A stretch of 64,000 nucleotides of DNA, from assembly GCA_000146465.1 (NCBI GenBank), contig CP001951.1. The stretch is one strand, 5' to 3'. Both the position numbers and the translations under genes were made by a program. The notes beneath the pieces were generated by a model. The model was given only the letters and a program-made list of their open reading frames with translations. It had not been told where the DNA came from and ran no database searches. Below, piece after piece: positions 19,221-28,239 of the stretch. The stretch's first letter is position 1, and each line of letters starts with the position of its first letter.

Positions 19221-21311
19221 CTAGACAATGTTCTTAAGAGGGAGTGTGAGATTAACAACAATGTTCTCTTCAGTTGTGTCTCTGTCCACACAGAAATACC
19301 CAATGCGTTGGAATTGGAATCTATCCTCGACACCGGCTTCACTAATTCTTTTGTCGCAAAGCCCGTGGACAATTTTTAGACTATCTTTGTTCATCTCCTC
19401 AAGATAGGTAGAGTCCTTTGGACTGAATGATGTCCAGAGTGGAGAATACATCCTCATCTCTACTCGGACACAGTCCGAACTAACCCAGTGGATGAACTTT
19501 TTAGGAATCCCATCCCATCTTTCTGCAAGGATCCCGTCTTCAGTTACCTTTACAACCCTTATTGGATAAAGCATGTACAACCCAACAGGCTGATCAAGTG
19601 TAAGTCTTAAAAAGTCTCCATCTCCCTTATCCATAAAGTCCGACTTCTCTATGTATATGACTGGAGTAAAGGGAACATTTCTGCTTACCTCTGATCCAGG
19701 GAAATCTGGAATAGATACACTACAGGGCTCGGCGTTCATTATTGTTACCTTTAAAGGATCTCTTACACACATGATCCTTCTAGAAGTTCTGTTGAGATTG
19801 TCTCTAACAAAATTCTCGAGTTTCTTTACATCCACTATTGTTTCAGCAAAAGTAAGTCCAAGACTCTTACAGAACTCGTTGATGGCTTCAGGAGGGAATC
19901 CTCTCCTTCTCATGCCCTTTATTGTAAAAAGACGGGGATCGTCCAACTCTATCCCATACTTCTTCAGAGGGACCAGCTTCCTCTTGCTCAAAACCGTATT
20001 ACTTATGTTCAGACGGCTAAACTCCCATTGGATTGGTTTGTAAATCTCGAGCTGGTCAAGCAGCCAATGATAGCTCTCCTGCCGTGTAAAGAACTCTCTC
20101 GTGCAGAAGGAGTGTGTTACATCTTCCAGGCTGTCAGACACGCAAAGAGCGAACTCATATGTTGGATACACGGTATATCTCACCTTTTTCATAGGATGCA
20201 CTGCATTCAGTATTCGAATCCCTATCAAGTCAAGCATTAGAGGATTCTTTGTATTCGTATCCATTTTGAATCGAAGACATGCTGTTCCTTCTTCCCACTT
20301 ACCATCAACCATCTCCTGAAAGATTCTTAAATTCTCCTCGACCGACCTGTTTCTGTATTGGCTTAGATGTGATCTTTCATTCATGTTGTCTGATGTGTAT
20401 TGTCTTCTTCTCTCACATATTTCCTCCTGGCTTAAGTGGCAGACATATGCTTTTCCCTTTTTTATAAGCTGAAATCCAAACTCAACCATCTTGTCGAAGT
20501 AATCGCTTGATGCAGTAACCTTATAGGGCTCAAACCCAAGCCATCGAACGTCCTCATAAATCGAATCAAAGTACTCCACTTCTTCGTTCTTTGGATTTGT
20601 ATCATCATATCTCAAATAAGTATATCCTCCAAATTTCTTGGCATATTCAAAGCTCAAATTTATTGCCTTTGCATGCCCAATATGGAGAATCCCGTTAGGT
20701 TCAGGAGGAAATCTGGTAACCACTCTCCCTCCTGTTCTCTTTAAGTGCGCTTGCCTTATCTCTTCACTGACCTGTGGGGTTTCCCCAGGTTTTGGAAGTT
20801 TCCTGATCTCTCCTTCTTCCAGCCAGTCTCCTCCTTCTAGGTTTTCCTCATGCTCTTCCACATCATCGGGGATCTTATTTATTTCTTCCATCACAATTCT
20901 GAAATCCGCGCAAGGCATGGTATTTCTTGCTTTGCTAAGCATATCTTTCTTTGATAATCCCTCTCTCCTCATCTTAGCAATGTTATTCTTTATACTCTCC
21001 TCGTCAACTTCATTGGACTTTACAAAGGAAACCATTTCCTCGGCCGAAACCTCTTTTTTCCCCATATGTTTTAAGCACTCCTTCAGCATACTCTCGTTCT
21101 TTATGGTTCCAGACTCAATGAGATTGGCTAGCAACTCAACATTGGCATTTCTTGAAGCTGTGCAGGCAAGAGTATATAAAAGTCTGTTGGAGAAGGATCT
21201 TCCAGAAAAAATCTTCTCCATATTCTTCACAACCTGTTCCTTTTTCATCACTTCATGTCTCTTTTCAGAGGAAATCTCTAACTTCTCAAAAACCTCTTCA
21301 AGATTTAGCAT
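19221..21311 (-). CDS. QARS: glutaminyl-tRNA synthetase with eukaryotic N-terminal extension
   Basis: Class I HIGH region RFPPEPNGILHIGHAKAI in a Gln/Glu-type catalytic core, with an about 190-aa N-terminal domain. ORF-track start 21326 is TTG. The first ATG (MLNLEEV) is preceded by AAATTT- and CCC-like motifs. Confidence 0.8.
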   Translation of the reverse strand: MLNLEEVFEKLEISSEKRHEVMKKEQVVKNMEKIFSGRSFSNRLLYTLACTASRNANVELLANLIESGTIKNESMLKECLKHMGKKEVSAEEMVSFVKSNEVDEESIKNNIAKMRREGLSKKDMLSKARNTMPCADFRIVMEEINKIPDDVEEHEENLEGGDWLEEGEIRKLPKPGETPQVSEEIRQAHLKRTGGRVVTRFPPEPNGILHIGHAKAINLSFEYAKKFGGYTYLRYDDTNPKNEEVEYFDSIYEDVRWLGFEPYKVTASSDYFDKMVEFGFQLIKKGKAYVCHLSQEEICERRRQYTSDNMNERSHLSQYRNRSVEENLRIFQEMVDGKWEEGTACLRFKMDTNTKNPLMLDLIGIRILNAVHPMKKVRYTVYPTYEFALCVSDSLEDVTHSFCTREFFTRQESYHWLLDQLEIYKPIQWEFSRLNISNTVLSKRKLVPLKKYGIELDDPRLFTIKGMRRRGFPPEAINEFCKSLGLTFAETIVDVKKLENFVRDNLNRTSRRIMCVRDPLKVTIMNAEPCSVSIPDFPGSEVSRNVPFTPVIYIEKSDFMDKGDGDFLRLTLDQPVGLYMLYPIRVVKVTEDGILAERWDGIPKKFIHWVSSDCVRVEMRMYSPLWTSFSPKDSTYLEEMNKDSLKIVHGLCDKRISEAGVEDRFQFQRIGYFCVDRDTTEENIVVNLTLPLKNIV

Positions 21312-21354
21312 AGAGGGTAAACACAAATTTTTATTAAATGGTCTCTAGATCTCT

Positions 21355-21519
21355 CTAATCATGGCGGGTAAGTCTCTTTTTCCTCTGTTCCAACTCCTTC
21401 AGATATTCATCCACAGCCCTTATTTCATCGATTATTGCTTTTCTTCTTTTCTCAGCTCTTCTCAAAAGAATATTGACAATCTCTAATATTCTCTTAATCT
21501 TCTTGTTATTGTCATACAT
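21355..21519 (-). CDS. small basic coiled-coil protein (hypothetical, 54 aa)
   Basis: In-frame ATG with CCC 9 nt upstream. K/R/E-rich helical sequence. No recognised family. Confidence 0.3.
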   Translation of the reverse strand: MYDNNKKIKRILEIVNILLRRAEKRRKAIIDEIRAVDEYLKELEQRKKRLTRHD

Positions 21520-21880
21520 CTCGCAGGGATTCTTCAAAACGGTTTCTTCTCCTAAGATCTCACTTCATAGTAGGAGGGATTGTTAGCGCTCAACCAGGGG
21601 CTGGGAAATAGATAATCATTCAAGACTTCAAACCACTCCGGCCCGTCACTTTCCAAAACTTCATGCATCTAAACTAAATAATAAATTAATTATTCCATAG
21701 CAATGAATCGGCCTGCTTCATCAATTCATAGTATTTGACAGATCGAGCGATGAGTATTCAGATTTATCCATAAACATGATATGATAAATTCATCTTATGA
21801 TATATGGGAGATTCCTTTTATGGAAATGACATTTATGGAGAGGATAGGGCTTCTAATTGTGTCTATAGTTGCTTTAAGGT

Positions 21881-22372
21881 ATGGGATATAATTTGGCAAT
21901 GACCCCAGCTTTGTTCATGTCAAGGTTGCCCAATCTTGCCTCCTCTCGTATGAATGAAATAAGAAAAGTCTACATAGAAGCCAACAATAGAATTGTTGAG
22001 GAAATAGATGCAGTAACAGAAAAGTTCTCAAAAGAAGTTGAGACCATTCCTAACATCTCGGCCAGCGTAAGGATATATCTTGAAGAAAAAATCAGATCTA
22101 TACGTGAGTTTGTTGTCGATAGTATTGGATTTTCAATAGGCGAGTTTAGAGCCTTATACAATCCCGATGGAAATGAAAGCATAAAAACGAGAAGATTTCC
22201 AAAGTTCATAACCGAGGCACTAGAAAGGAGCTTTGAGATTGACCAATATCCGTCCGAAGCCGAAAAGTCAAGACTTGCAAAAATATGTAAACTTTCGACA
22301 AAGCAAATAAACAACTGGTTTACGAACAAAAGAAATAGAAGCAAAAGCCATGATGGGGGTAGGCAGTACTAG
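21881..22372 (+). CDS. homeobox protein, typical (60-aa) homeodomain at C-terminus (HD1-like)
   Basis: 163 aa. Homeodomain IKTRRFPKFITEALERSFEIDQYPSEAEKSRLAKICKLSTKQINNWFTNKRNRSK, with WF-N-R in helix 3 and no 3-aa loop extension. Unusually long 5' (343 bp) and 3' (517 bp) intergenic regions. Confidence 0.8.
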   Translation: MGYNLAMTPALFMSRLPNLASSRMNEIRKVYIEANNRIVEEIDAVTEKFSKEVETIPNISASVRIYLEEKIRSIREFVVDSIGFSIGEFRALYNPDGNESIKTRRFPKFITEALERSFEIDQYPSEAEKSRLAKICKLSTKQINNWFTNKRNRSKSHDGGRQY

Positions 22373-22800
22373 GCTGTGAATGGGAGGCGCATATGATTTT
22401 AATATAATCCATGTATGTATTTCTTTGAAGTAAAGTAAGAGACTAAATTAGTATAACTCTTCTTAAAGCCCCAATGGCAAGTAATATAAGTTATTCTTGA
22501 TACGAAGATCAATCTCACCTCGATTCTCTATTTTAGGAAAGGTGAAATTTTCGTGGTAGGAAGATCTTTGACGACCTAAATTTCGTAGGAGAAAGATACG
22601 ACAGAATCGACCGAGTGTGAATGAGATAACATAGTATTTTAATTGTTAATTTAAACAATTAGTTTTCGATGTAATATACAAAACCACCGATGTGTAGAGG
22701 AAATTGGTTCCAAGACAGAACACTAGAAAAGGATGTTACAAGACAACATGAGACTGTAGACTTCTATGCGCGCTTGGATAGGCCAGATTCTATTTATTTC

Positions 22801-22813
22801 TGTCATATTGACA
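22801..22813. promoter_or_regulatory. inverted repeat of TALE-homeodomain half-site TGTCA-tat-TGACA upstream of the TALE homeobox gene
   Basis: TGTCATATTGACA read directly, about 95 bp upstream of the HD2 ATG. TGACA is the core site bound by MEIS/KNOX/TGIF-class TALE homeodomains. Confidence 0.25.
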
Positions 22814-22908
22814 CAATTGAAATATTAAATTATAAAACCTCTATCAAACAAGATTAATTAAGCTATCGCGAGACAATTAGATAAAACAGAGTGAATGGAG
22901 CGGTAGCC

Positions 22909-23478
22909 ATGAACATGATAATGGATATATTGAATCAAGTTATGTATGCTGAAGAATGCTATTTCTCCAACAGAGTTAGCAGAGAGAAATTAATGGAAGA
23001 CATAAGACGTCTTCGGAGTGAATACGAGATTGGAATAATGAGAGACTCTGGAAGAGAAGGAATAAAATTCAAAATGGCATTGCTATTTATTCTTAGAAGA
23101 GTGAGACACAAGATTATACTTGAAGACAGACTCATGGAGATGATTGATTCCGAGGTTGCTTTCGTTAGAGGATGTGTAAGCAGTATCATCTCTGAGCCCT
23201 TCGGAGTCAAGCCTGTAGAAACCATGAGGCCTACACAACAAGAAGCAGAGACCAGGTGTGCCAAACCAAGGACAAGGGCCAACTTCCCTATGGACACTTC
23301 ACAGCTTCTGAGATCTTGGCTTAAAGAGAATATGGATAACCCATATCCATCGGATGCCGAAAAGGCATATCTTTGCCAGAAGACTGGCCTTGGTCCTGCA
23401 CAGATTAATAATTGGTTTATAAATGCTAGGAGAAGAATCTTACCTTTCATGAAAGGAAAGCGTGCGAGTTTCAAATAA
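22909..23478 (+). CDS. TALE-class homeobox protein (HD2-like)
   Basis: ORF-track start 22891 is GTG. The first ATG is at 22909. Homeodomain KPRTRANFPMDTSQLLRSWLKENMDNPYPSDAEKAYLCQKTGLGPAQINNWFINARRR, with a PYP three-amino-acid loop extension and WFINARRR, which defines TALE class. Confidence 0.8.
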   Translation: MNMIMDILNQVMYAEECYFSNRVSREKLMEDIRRLRSEYEIGIMRDSGREGIKFKMALLFILRRVRHKIILEDRLMEMIDSEVAFVRGCVSSIISEPFGVKPVETMRPTQQEAETRCAKPRTRANFPMDTSQLLRSWLKENMDNPYPSDAEKAYLCQKTGLGPAQINNWFINARRRILPFMKGKRASFK

Positions 23479-23799
23479 ATTTATATGGGAGTTTATTGGT
23501 TAATTATCTTATCCATCGGTAGCCACACATTTAGAACTCCAAATAAAGGCTCGAAAGATTCTGAACAACTGTATTAGAGTCTGGTTCGGATGTGTCTAGA
23601 AGCCAACTACTGCCCACCCCGAGATAACTAGTAAAAATGGAAAATCCATATGAAATAAAATTATGGGTAGCTATTAATTAAAATAAGTTTAAATTTCATA
23701 GATATAAAACGACCTTATTGCTTTTAATGGATTATTGTGAGCATTTATTTCTTCTATAAGATCATCATGCAAAAAGTTTGAAAAAGAAGGCTGCTCATG

Positions 23800-24948
23800 T
23801 CAGCTACTTTCCTTAAGCTCAAACTTTATTCCCTTTGATGATAGTCTCGGGATGATGTCTGTATTGTACAACACACAGGCCGGTGTTATAACCCCTCCCC
23901 GGAAAAGAGTTACGCCTGTCCCTCTTTCTTTCTGATTAAGGCTTCTCAAAAATGTAACTGCCGTCTGAGTCAAGCATACCGAAGTCACTATATATGCAGG
24001 GTCTGGGCCGGTTATTGTGAGCAATTTCCCAACTATCTCATTCCCCTTTTCCCCTCTGGCTCTTATTTCAATTGTAAAGTCTGCATTTCTGATCTCTTCG
24101 AAGGAAGGCCTCCTTTTAATGGTTCGGAAAGCAAACATCTTGGCTAGACTCGTGATAATCCATCTTCCAAATGAAAATCCAGAGAAAAGCCATATTACCC
24201 AAGCAAGGATTCGATATTTTATCATCTCAATCCGCCCCCCGACATCTAGATATGCAGAGTACTTCGCCCCATTGATCCCTATAGACTCCATTAGCTCCTG
24301 GCTTCTTCTCACAACAGAATAGTCTATTCCCCGAAAGATCACCTGGTAGGAATTTTTCTTTACAACCCGGAGAGATCGCCTTTTCTTTCCCTGACCGTAT
24401 CTCTTCTCTCTGAGGGCGTTCATCTCTCTGAAATTTGCAACCGATGCAAGAAGAGATTCCCAAGTGGTCAAGTTCACAACAACATTACTGACCTTGAGAA
24501 CACTCTCTATCTCTACATAGTACTCAAACATATCTCGGAGATACATAACTCCAATGTCTGAAGGGACAGATTCAAAGCCGCAGCAGTTGATGATGTATAC
24601 ACCCTTCCTCACGGCTTCGTCATGGTATTTGTTGATGATAAGTTCAAAGAAATATACCTCTCCAGATATGTCCATGTAATGTGTTCCATTTCTTATACAT
24701 GACTTGACAATGCATTCTCCATGGATGGAATAAGGTCCAACACAGTTTATTAGAACCTTTGTCATGGATGCAATTTCATCAATATTATCTATCTTGCATT
24801 CGTAAACAGGAAATGCCTTATCCTTTATTTTGCTTATGTTTCTTGATGCCAAGGCCAACCTAACGTTTTCGGCCTTGAAGGCTTCTATGATGTATCTTGC
24901 AGCATATCCCGAGGCACCGTAGATTATGAAGTCAAACTCTCTTTCCAT
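23800..24948 (-). CDS. saccharopine dehydrogenase-like NAD(P)-binding oxidoreductase (SCCPDH family)
   Basis: 382 aa. N-terminal Rossmann motif DFIIYGASGYAARYIIE. Overall length and architecture match SCCPDH, with a C-terminal hydrophobic segment. Confidence 0.55.
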   Translation of the reverse strand: MEREFDFIIYGASGYAARYIIEAFKAENVRLALASRNISKIKDKAFPVYECKIDNIDEIASMTKVLINCVGPYSIHGECIVKSCIRNGTHYMDISGEVYFFELIINKYHDEAVRKGVYIINCCGFESVPSDIGVMYLRDMFEYYVEIESVLKVSNVVVNLTTWESLLASVANFREMNALREKRYGQGKKRRSLRVVKKNSYQVIFRGIDYSVVRRSQELMESIGINGAKYSAYLDVGGRIEMIKYRILAWVIWLFSGFSFGRWIITSLAKMFAFRTIKRRPSFEEIRNADFTIEIRARGEKGNEIVGKLLTITGPDPAYIVTSVCLTQTAVTFLRSLNQKERGTGVTLFRGGVITPACVLYNTDIIPRLSSKGIKFELKESS

Positions 24949-25039
24949 GTATGGGCACTTTAAAAAACATTATTTATCATTGAAAAGGGGGTAGTGGAAT
25001 TTCTAAGGTTCCATAGACGAAAATTCTTCTCCAAGGCTC

Positions 25040-26584
25040 ATGTGCTTGGTGATTGGACATTCCCATACCAACGGCACAAAATGGACCAATAGAACTGGTG
25101 CAAGTCAAGGCAATTGGTTTCGAGGAATGTATGAATTAAGTACATATATGAAGGTAGGAAGAATCTTGGGAATGGATGGACTGTCTGGCAAGGACAAGGA
25201 TAAGATGTCCGGAAAGAAAGAAAAGGAAGTTGGGACTCCCATATCAGCCGAGGGATCTAATGGAGAGGGAGAGGAATCTTTTGAATCTGATGTTATGAAG
25301 CATGTAATTGGGGCAGCATGTATGCTAAGCCATAAGTCTTCTGATGAAGATGTGACTGAGTGTAGCGAAGAGAAAATCTCTACGTTTGATGTTTATATAG
25401 TTAATGAAGATGGGAAAGTTAACGGATATGAACTTAAGCACATAGGTCCTGCTGGGGGAGTTGAGTGTTCCAACTCTCCTCAAAGCTCTCCTTCAAACGA
25501 AATGATAAGGTCAAGATCTTTCCATTTTGATCGCAAAAACAAGGGACTTCCACCCCAAGAATTCTACAGAAGAAAAAAGTCTAGCGAGCAACTTCCTTGG
25601 AAGATCAATGGGAATTGTAGCAATGGATCCAAGGAAAAGTGTGAACCCATAATTCTTGAGATATCCGAAATTTCCGATGGATATAGTGTTGACGGGACGG
25701 ATGAACATCAAGATATCAACGCTAGTGTCTGTAGCCAAGATACGGGCTCGAGCAAAATTTCGTTGAAGTGTGAAAATGAAACGTCAAACACCTTTGTTGA
25801 TTTGAATTTTTCTAACAGACAAGAAACTTCAGAGAAGTCAGATTGCAGGGGTCTCCAATCGGACAAAGGCTCCCAAGACGAGATTTTGCTGCCATTTCCT
25901 TCACAAGACAAGGATTATACCTCCTCTGGATCGGCTTCTCCAGAGTCCAGAAATGGACCATCAAGAAATTCTGACCTTGAAAAGATAGCACTGTCTATTG
26001 TTAAGATAACAGAGCCTGGGGAATCTGGGAAGGAGAAAGAACACGAATCTGATGCTCCTAAGGCCATGGGAAACATCATAAAAGCTATTCAAGCACAAGA
26101 GTCTGAAGATAAGCTTGTCATAAACCAGAAGATTGGATTAAATAGCCCCTGTCCAATTAACGAAGAGAAATGTCTTGGGGAAGATGCAATGATGACCTCT
26201 GAGGATCTTTCTAGGGAGTTGAAGACTGCTCTGCTTGCAGCATTCATTCCTTCCATGGAGACGTCTGAAATGTCGGAAACATCGGAAAAGTCGTTCGTAG
26301 AAACCAGCATCACTCGAAACATCGGTGGAAAGCCGGATTCAACAGAAGAGGTTGAAAAGTTTAGGACCGTTCTTAATATTGGCGATAGTGTTCCTCCTCT
26401 TTTGGATGTAAAAGATTTGGCCGGGAAAAAAGGTAAGGATGATGAAATGATAATCTTTGTTGAAGCCGAAGACATTGGGAAGAAAAGGAATGTGGCCACA
26501 AGAAATAATAGGGTTGGAAGATTGGTTAAATTCTTTGAAAGCTTAGAGGAAAGAAATAAGGAAAGAGATCCAAAAGAAGAATGA
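25040..26584 (+). CDS. Ser/Glu-rich low-complexity protein (hypothetical)
   Basis: 514-aa ORF, acidic and serine-rich throughout, with no recognisable domain. Start ambiguous (several in-frame ATGs, none with a clear CCC motif). Confidence 0.4.
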   Translation: MCLVIGHSHTNGTKWTNRTGASQGNWFRGMYELSTYMKVGRILGMDGLSGKDKDKMSGKKEKEVGTPISAEGSNGEGEESFESDVMKHVIGAACMLSHKSSDEDVTECSEEKISTFDVYIVNEDGKVNGYELKHIGPAGGVECSNSPQSSPSNEMIRSRSFHFDRKNKGLPPQEFYRRKKSSEQLPWKINGNCSNGSKEKCEPIILEISEISDGYSVDGTDEHQDINASVCSQDTGSSKISLKCENETSNTFVDLNFSNRQETSEKSDCRGLQSDKGSQDEILLPFPSQDKDYTSSGSASPESRNGPSRNSDLEKIALSIVKITEPGESGKEKEHESDAPKAMGNIIKAIQAQESEDKLVINQKIGLNSPCPINEEKCLGEDAMMTSEDLSRELKTALLAAFIPSMETSEMSETSEKSFVETSITRNIGGKPDSTEEVEKFRTVLNIGDSVPPLLDVKDLAGKKGKDDEMIIFVEAEDIGKKRNVATRNNRVGRLVKFFESLEERNKERDPKEE

Positions 26585-26663
26585 ATGAATTAAATTTAAA
26601 ATTTGTTTATCAACAGTTGATTAAAATTGTCTTCTGGCGTCTGAGGAGAGGAGGAAAATATTT

Positions 26664-27020
26664 TTAGAGCAAAGTAGACTTAAAAAACGAAGTAGATTCT
26701 TCTTGCTTCTCACTAATAATTTCTTCCATTTCCTTATCGGTTGGAGGTTCATGAGAAAAAGGACAATCCTTCCTTGTGCAGTTTCCCTTTATGTGAAATG
26801 CTTTACATGGAAACTTGCTTGTATCATGCGAATATGTACAGTTATCCCCATGCTTACAGGAATTCATCAGAAAAAACTTACAAAGTATGGTACGATAGTT
26901 AGAAGCCGATCTTTCGACTTCCCGAGGTTTTGGGGTGGTCTTTGGGACGATCTTGTGTACTCGGTATTCTAACAGATAGCTCTTATTAAGACGGGTAGGA
27001 ACATTTAGTTTCGGAAGCAT
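26664..27020 (-). CDS. tandem CCCH zinc-finger protein
   Basis: 118 aa. Two C-x8-C-x5-C-x3-H fingers (CKFFLMNSCKHGDNCTYSH, CKAFHIKGNCTRKDCPFSH). CCC lies upstream of the ATG. Confidence 0.6.
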   Translation of the reverse strand: MLPKLNVPTRLNKSYLLEYRVHKIVPKTTPKPREVERSASNYRTILCKFFLMNSCKHGDNCTYSHDTSKFPCKAFHIKGNCTRKDCPFSHEPPTDKEMEEIISEKQEESTSFFKSTLL

Positions 27021-27095
27021 TTTGATGGGTTACATAAAAATCCTTTTCTTTGTTAGAAACTAAGATGGGTATATAGAAAGAGAACCCCTTAATAA

Positions 27096-28154
27096 ATGGA
27101 TCCAAAGATAGAGTTCAGGGTACCTGGGAAGGTAATTGTGAATGGGTCATATATAGTATTGGAAGGAGAAACATGCAGAGCCATAGCTCTTAAGGAATAC
27201 ATGATATCGGAGGCGATTAGGATGGAGTCTAGCAAACAGAAGATAGTAGTGGAGGTAGAAGGACAAGAAAAGATTACATACTACCATAACCGTAGCGATT
27301 TGCCAGAAGACAAAGGCAAATCTTCATATTACTTACTCAAAGTTGTCGATTCCTTCTTTGAGGTTACGGGAATCATACCTAAAAACCAAATACAAATCAG
27401 AATGAAGGCTGGGAATGGATTCTTTGTCAATGGGCCTACAAGTGAGAAGACGGGGATTGGGTCATCAGTTTGTATCCTTGTATCCATAGTATATGCTCTC
27501 TTGAAATTCCATCAGGAAGACCTCAACCAAATAATTTCTCTCAAGGGCTTTGAAAGATGGGGACGATCTCCCGTCTTCCGAGGGAATTTAGAGTCACATC
27601 TAGGCCATCTTTCTCTTTCCAAAGAAATTCTGAATCACCTTTTGTCTATAACATATCAGGTGCATCAGAAAACCAATCAAGGTGGATCTGGGTCTGATGC
27701 AATGTGTTGTCTCTTAGGGTCCATATACTCCAATCGAGAAGCATGCATTCCAATAGAAAAAGTTCCTCGGTATTTGATTCTTGGATCCTTTGGAAAGAGC
27801 ACTTCGACAAGAGAAATGCTTAAGAAAATCGACCTTTCCGACTCCAAATGGAAATCTCTTAAAGATATGAATTCCAGAATTAACAAAGAAAGGAGAAATC
27901 CAAAGAAACTCTATATAGAATATCTGAACATTATAAGAAATATTAGTACAGCAATAGTCCCTGAAAAACAATATGAAATACTTATAAAAACCAATGAGTA
28001 TGACATTTGGGGATGTGGAATTTCTGGTGCAGGGGGAGATGATTGTGTGTGGGTTCTTACGGATGATTATAAGAGTGTATATGAATATTGGCAGAAGGCC
28101 TTCGCCTTTACATTTATAACAGAAGTATCCTACAAAGGAATTTGTTTATTGTAA
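27096..28154 (+). CDS. ERG8: phosphomevalonate kinase (ERG8-type GHMP kinase)
   Basis: N-terminus VPGKVIVNGSYIVLE aligns with yeast Erg8 APGKALLAGGYLVLD. GHMP motif KTGIGSSVCILVSIV, then GSGSDAMCCLLGSIYS and GAGGDDCVWVL all align with Erg8. Confidence 0.7.
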   Translation: MDPKIEFRVPGKVIVNGSYIVLEGETCRAIALKEYMISEAIRMESSKQKIVVEVEGQEKITYYHNRSDLPEDKGKSSYYLLKVVDSFFEVTGIIPKNQIQIRMKAGNGFFVNGPTSEKTGIGSSVCILVSIVYALLKFHQEDLNQIISLKGFERWGRSPVFRGNLESHLGHLSLSKEILNHLLSITYQVHQKTNQGGSGSDAMCCLLGSIYSNREACIPIEKVPRYLILGSFGKSTSTREMLKKIDLSDSKWKSLKDMNSRINKERRNPKKLYIEYLNIIRNISTAIVPEKQYEILIKTNEYDIWGCGISGAGGDDCVWVLTDDYKSVYEYWQKAFAFTFITEVSYKGICLL

Positions 28155-28239
28155 AGTATTTCTTAGTGTGGAGTTCTCTAGCATCTCGGAAACCTATGCT
28201 TAATTGAATTATTAAAGTCAGGAGATAAAGGAGAGATTT

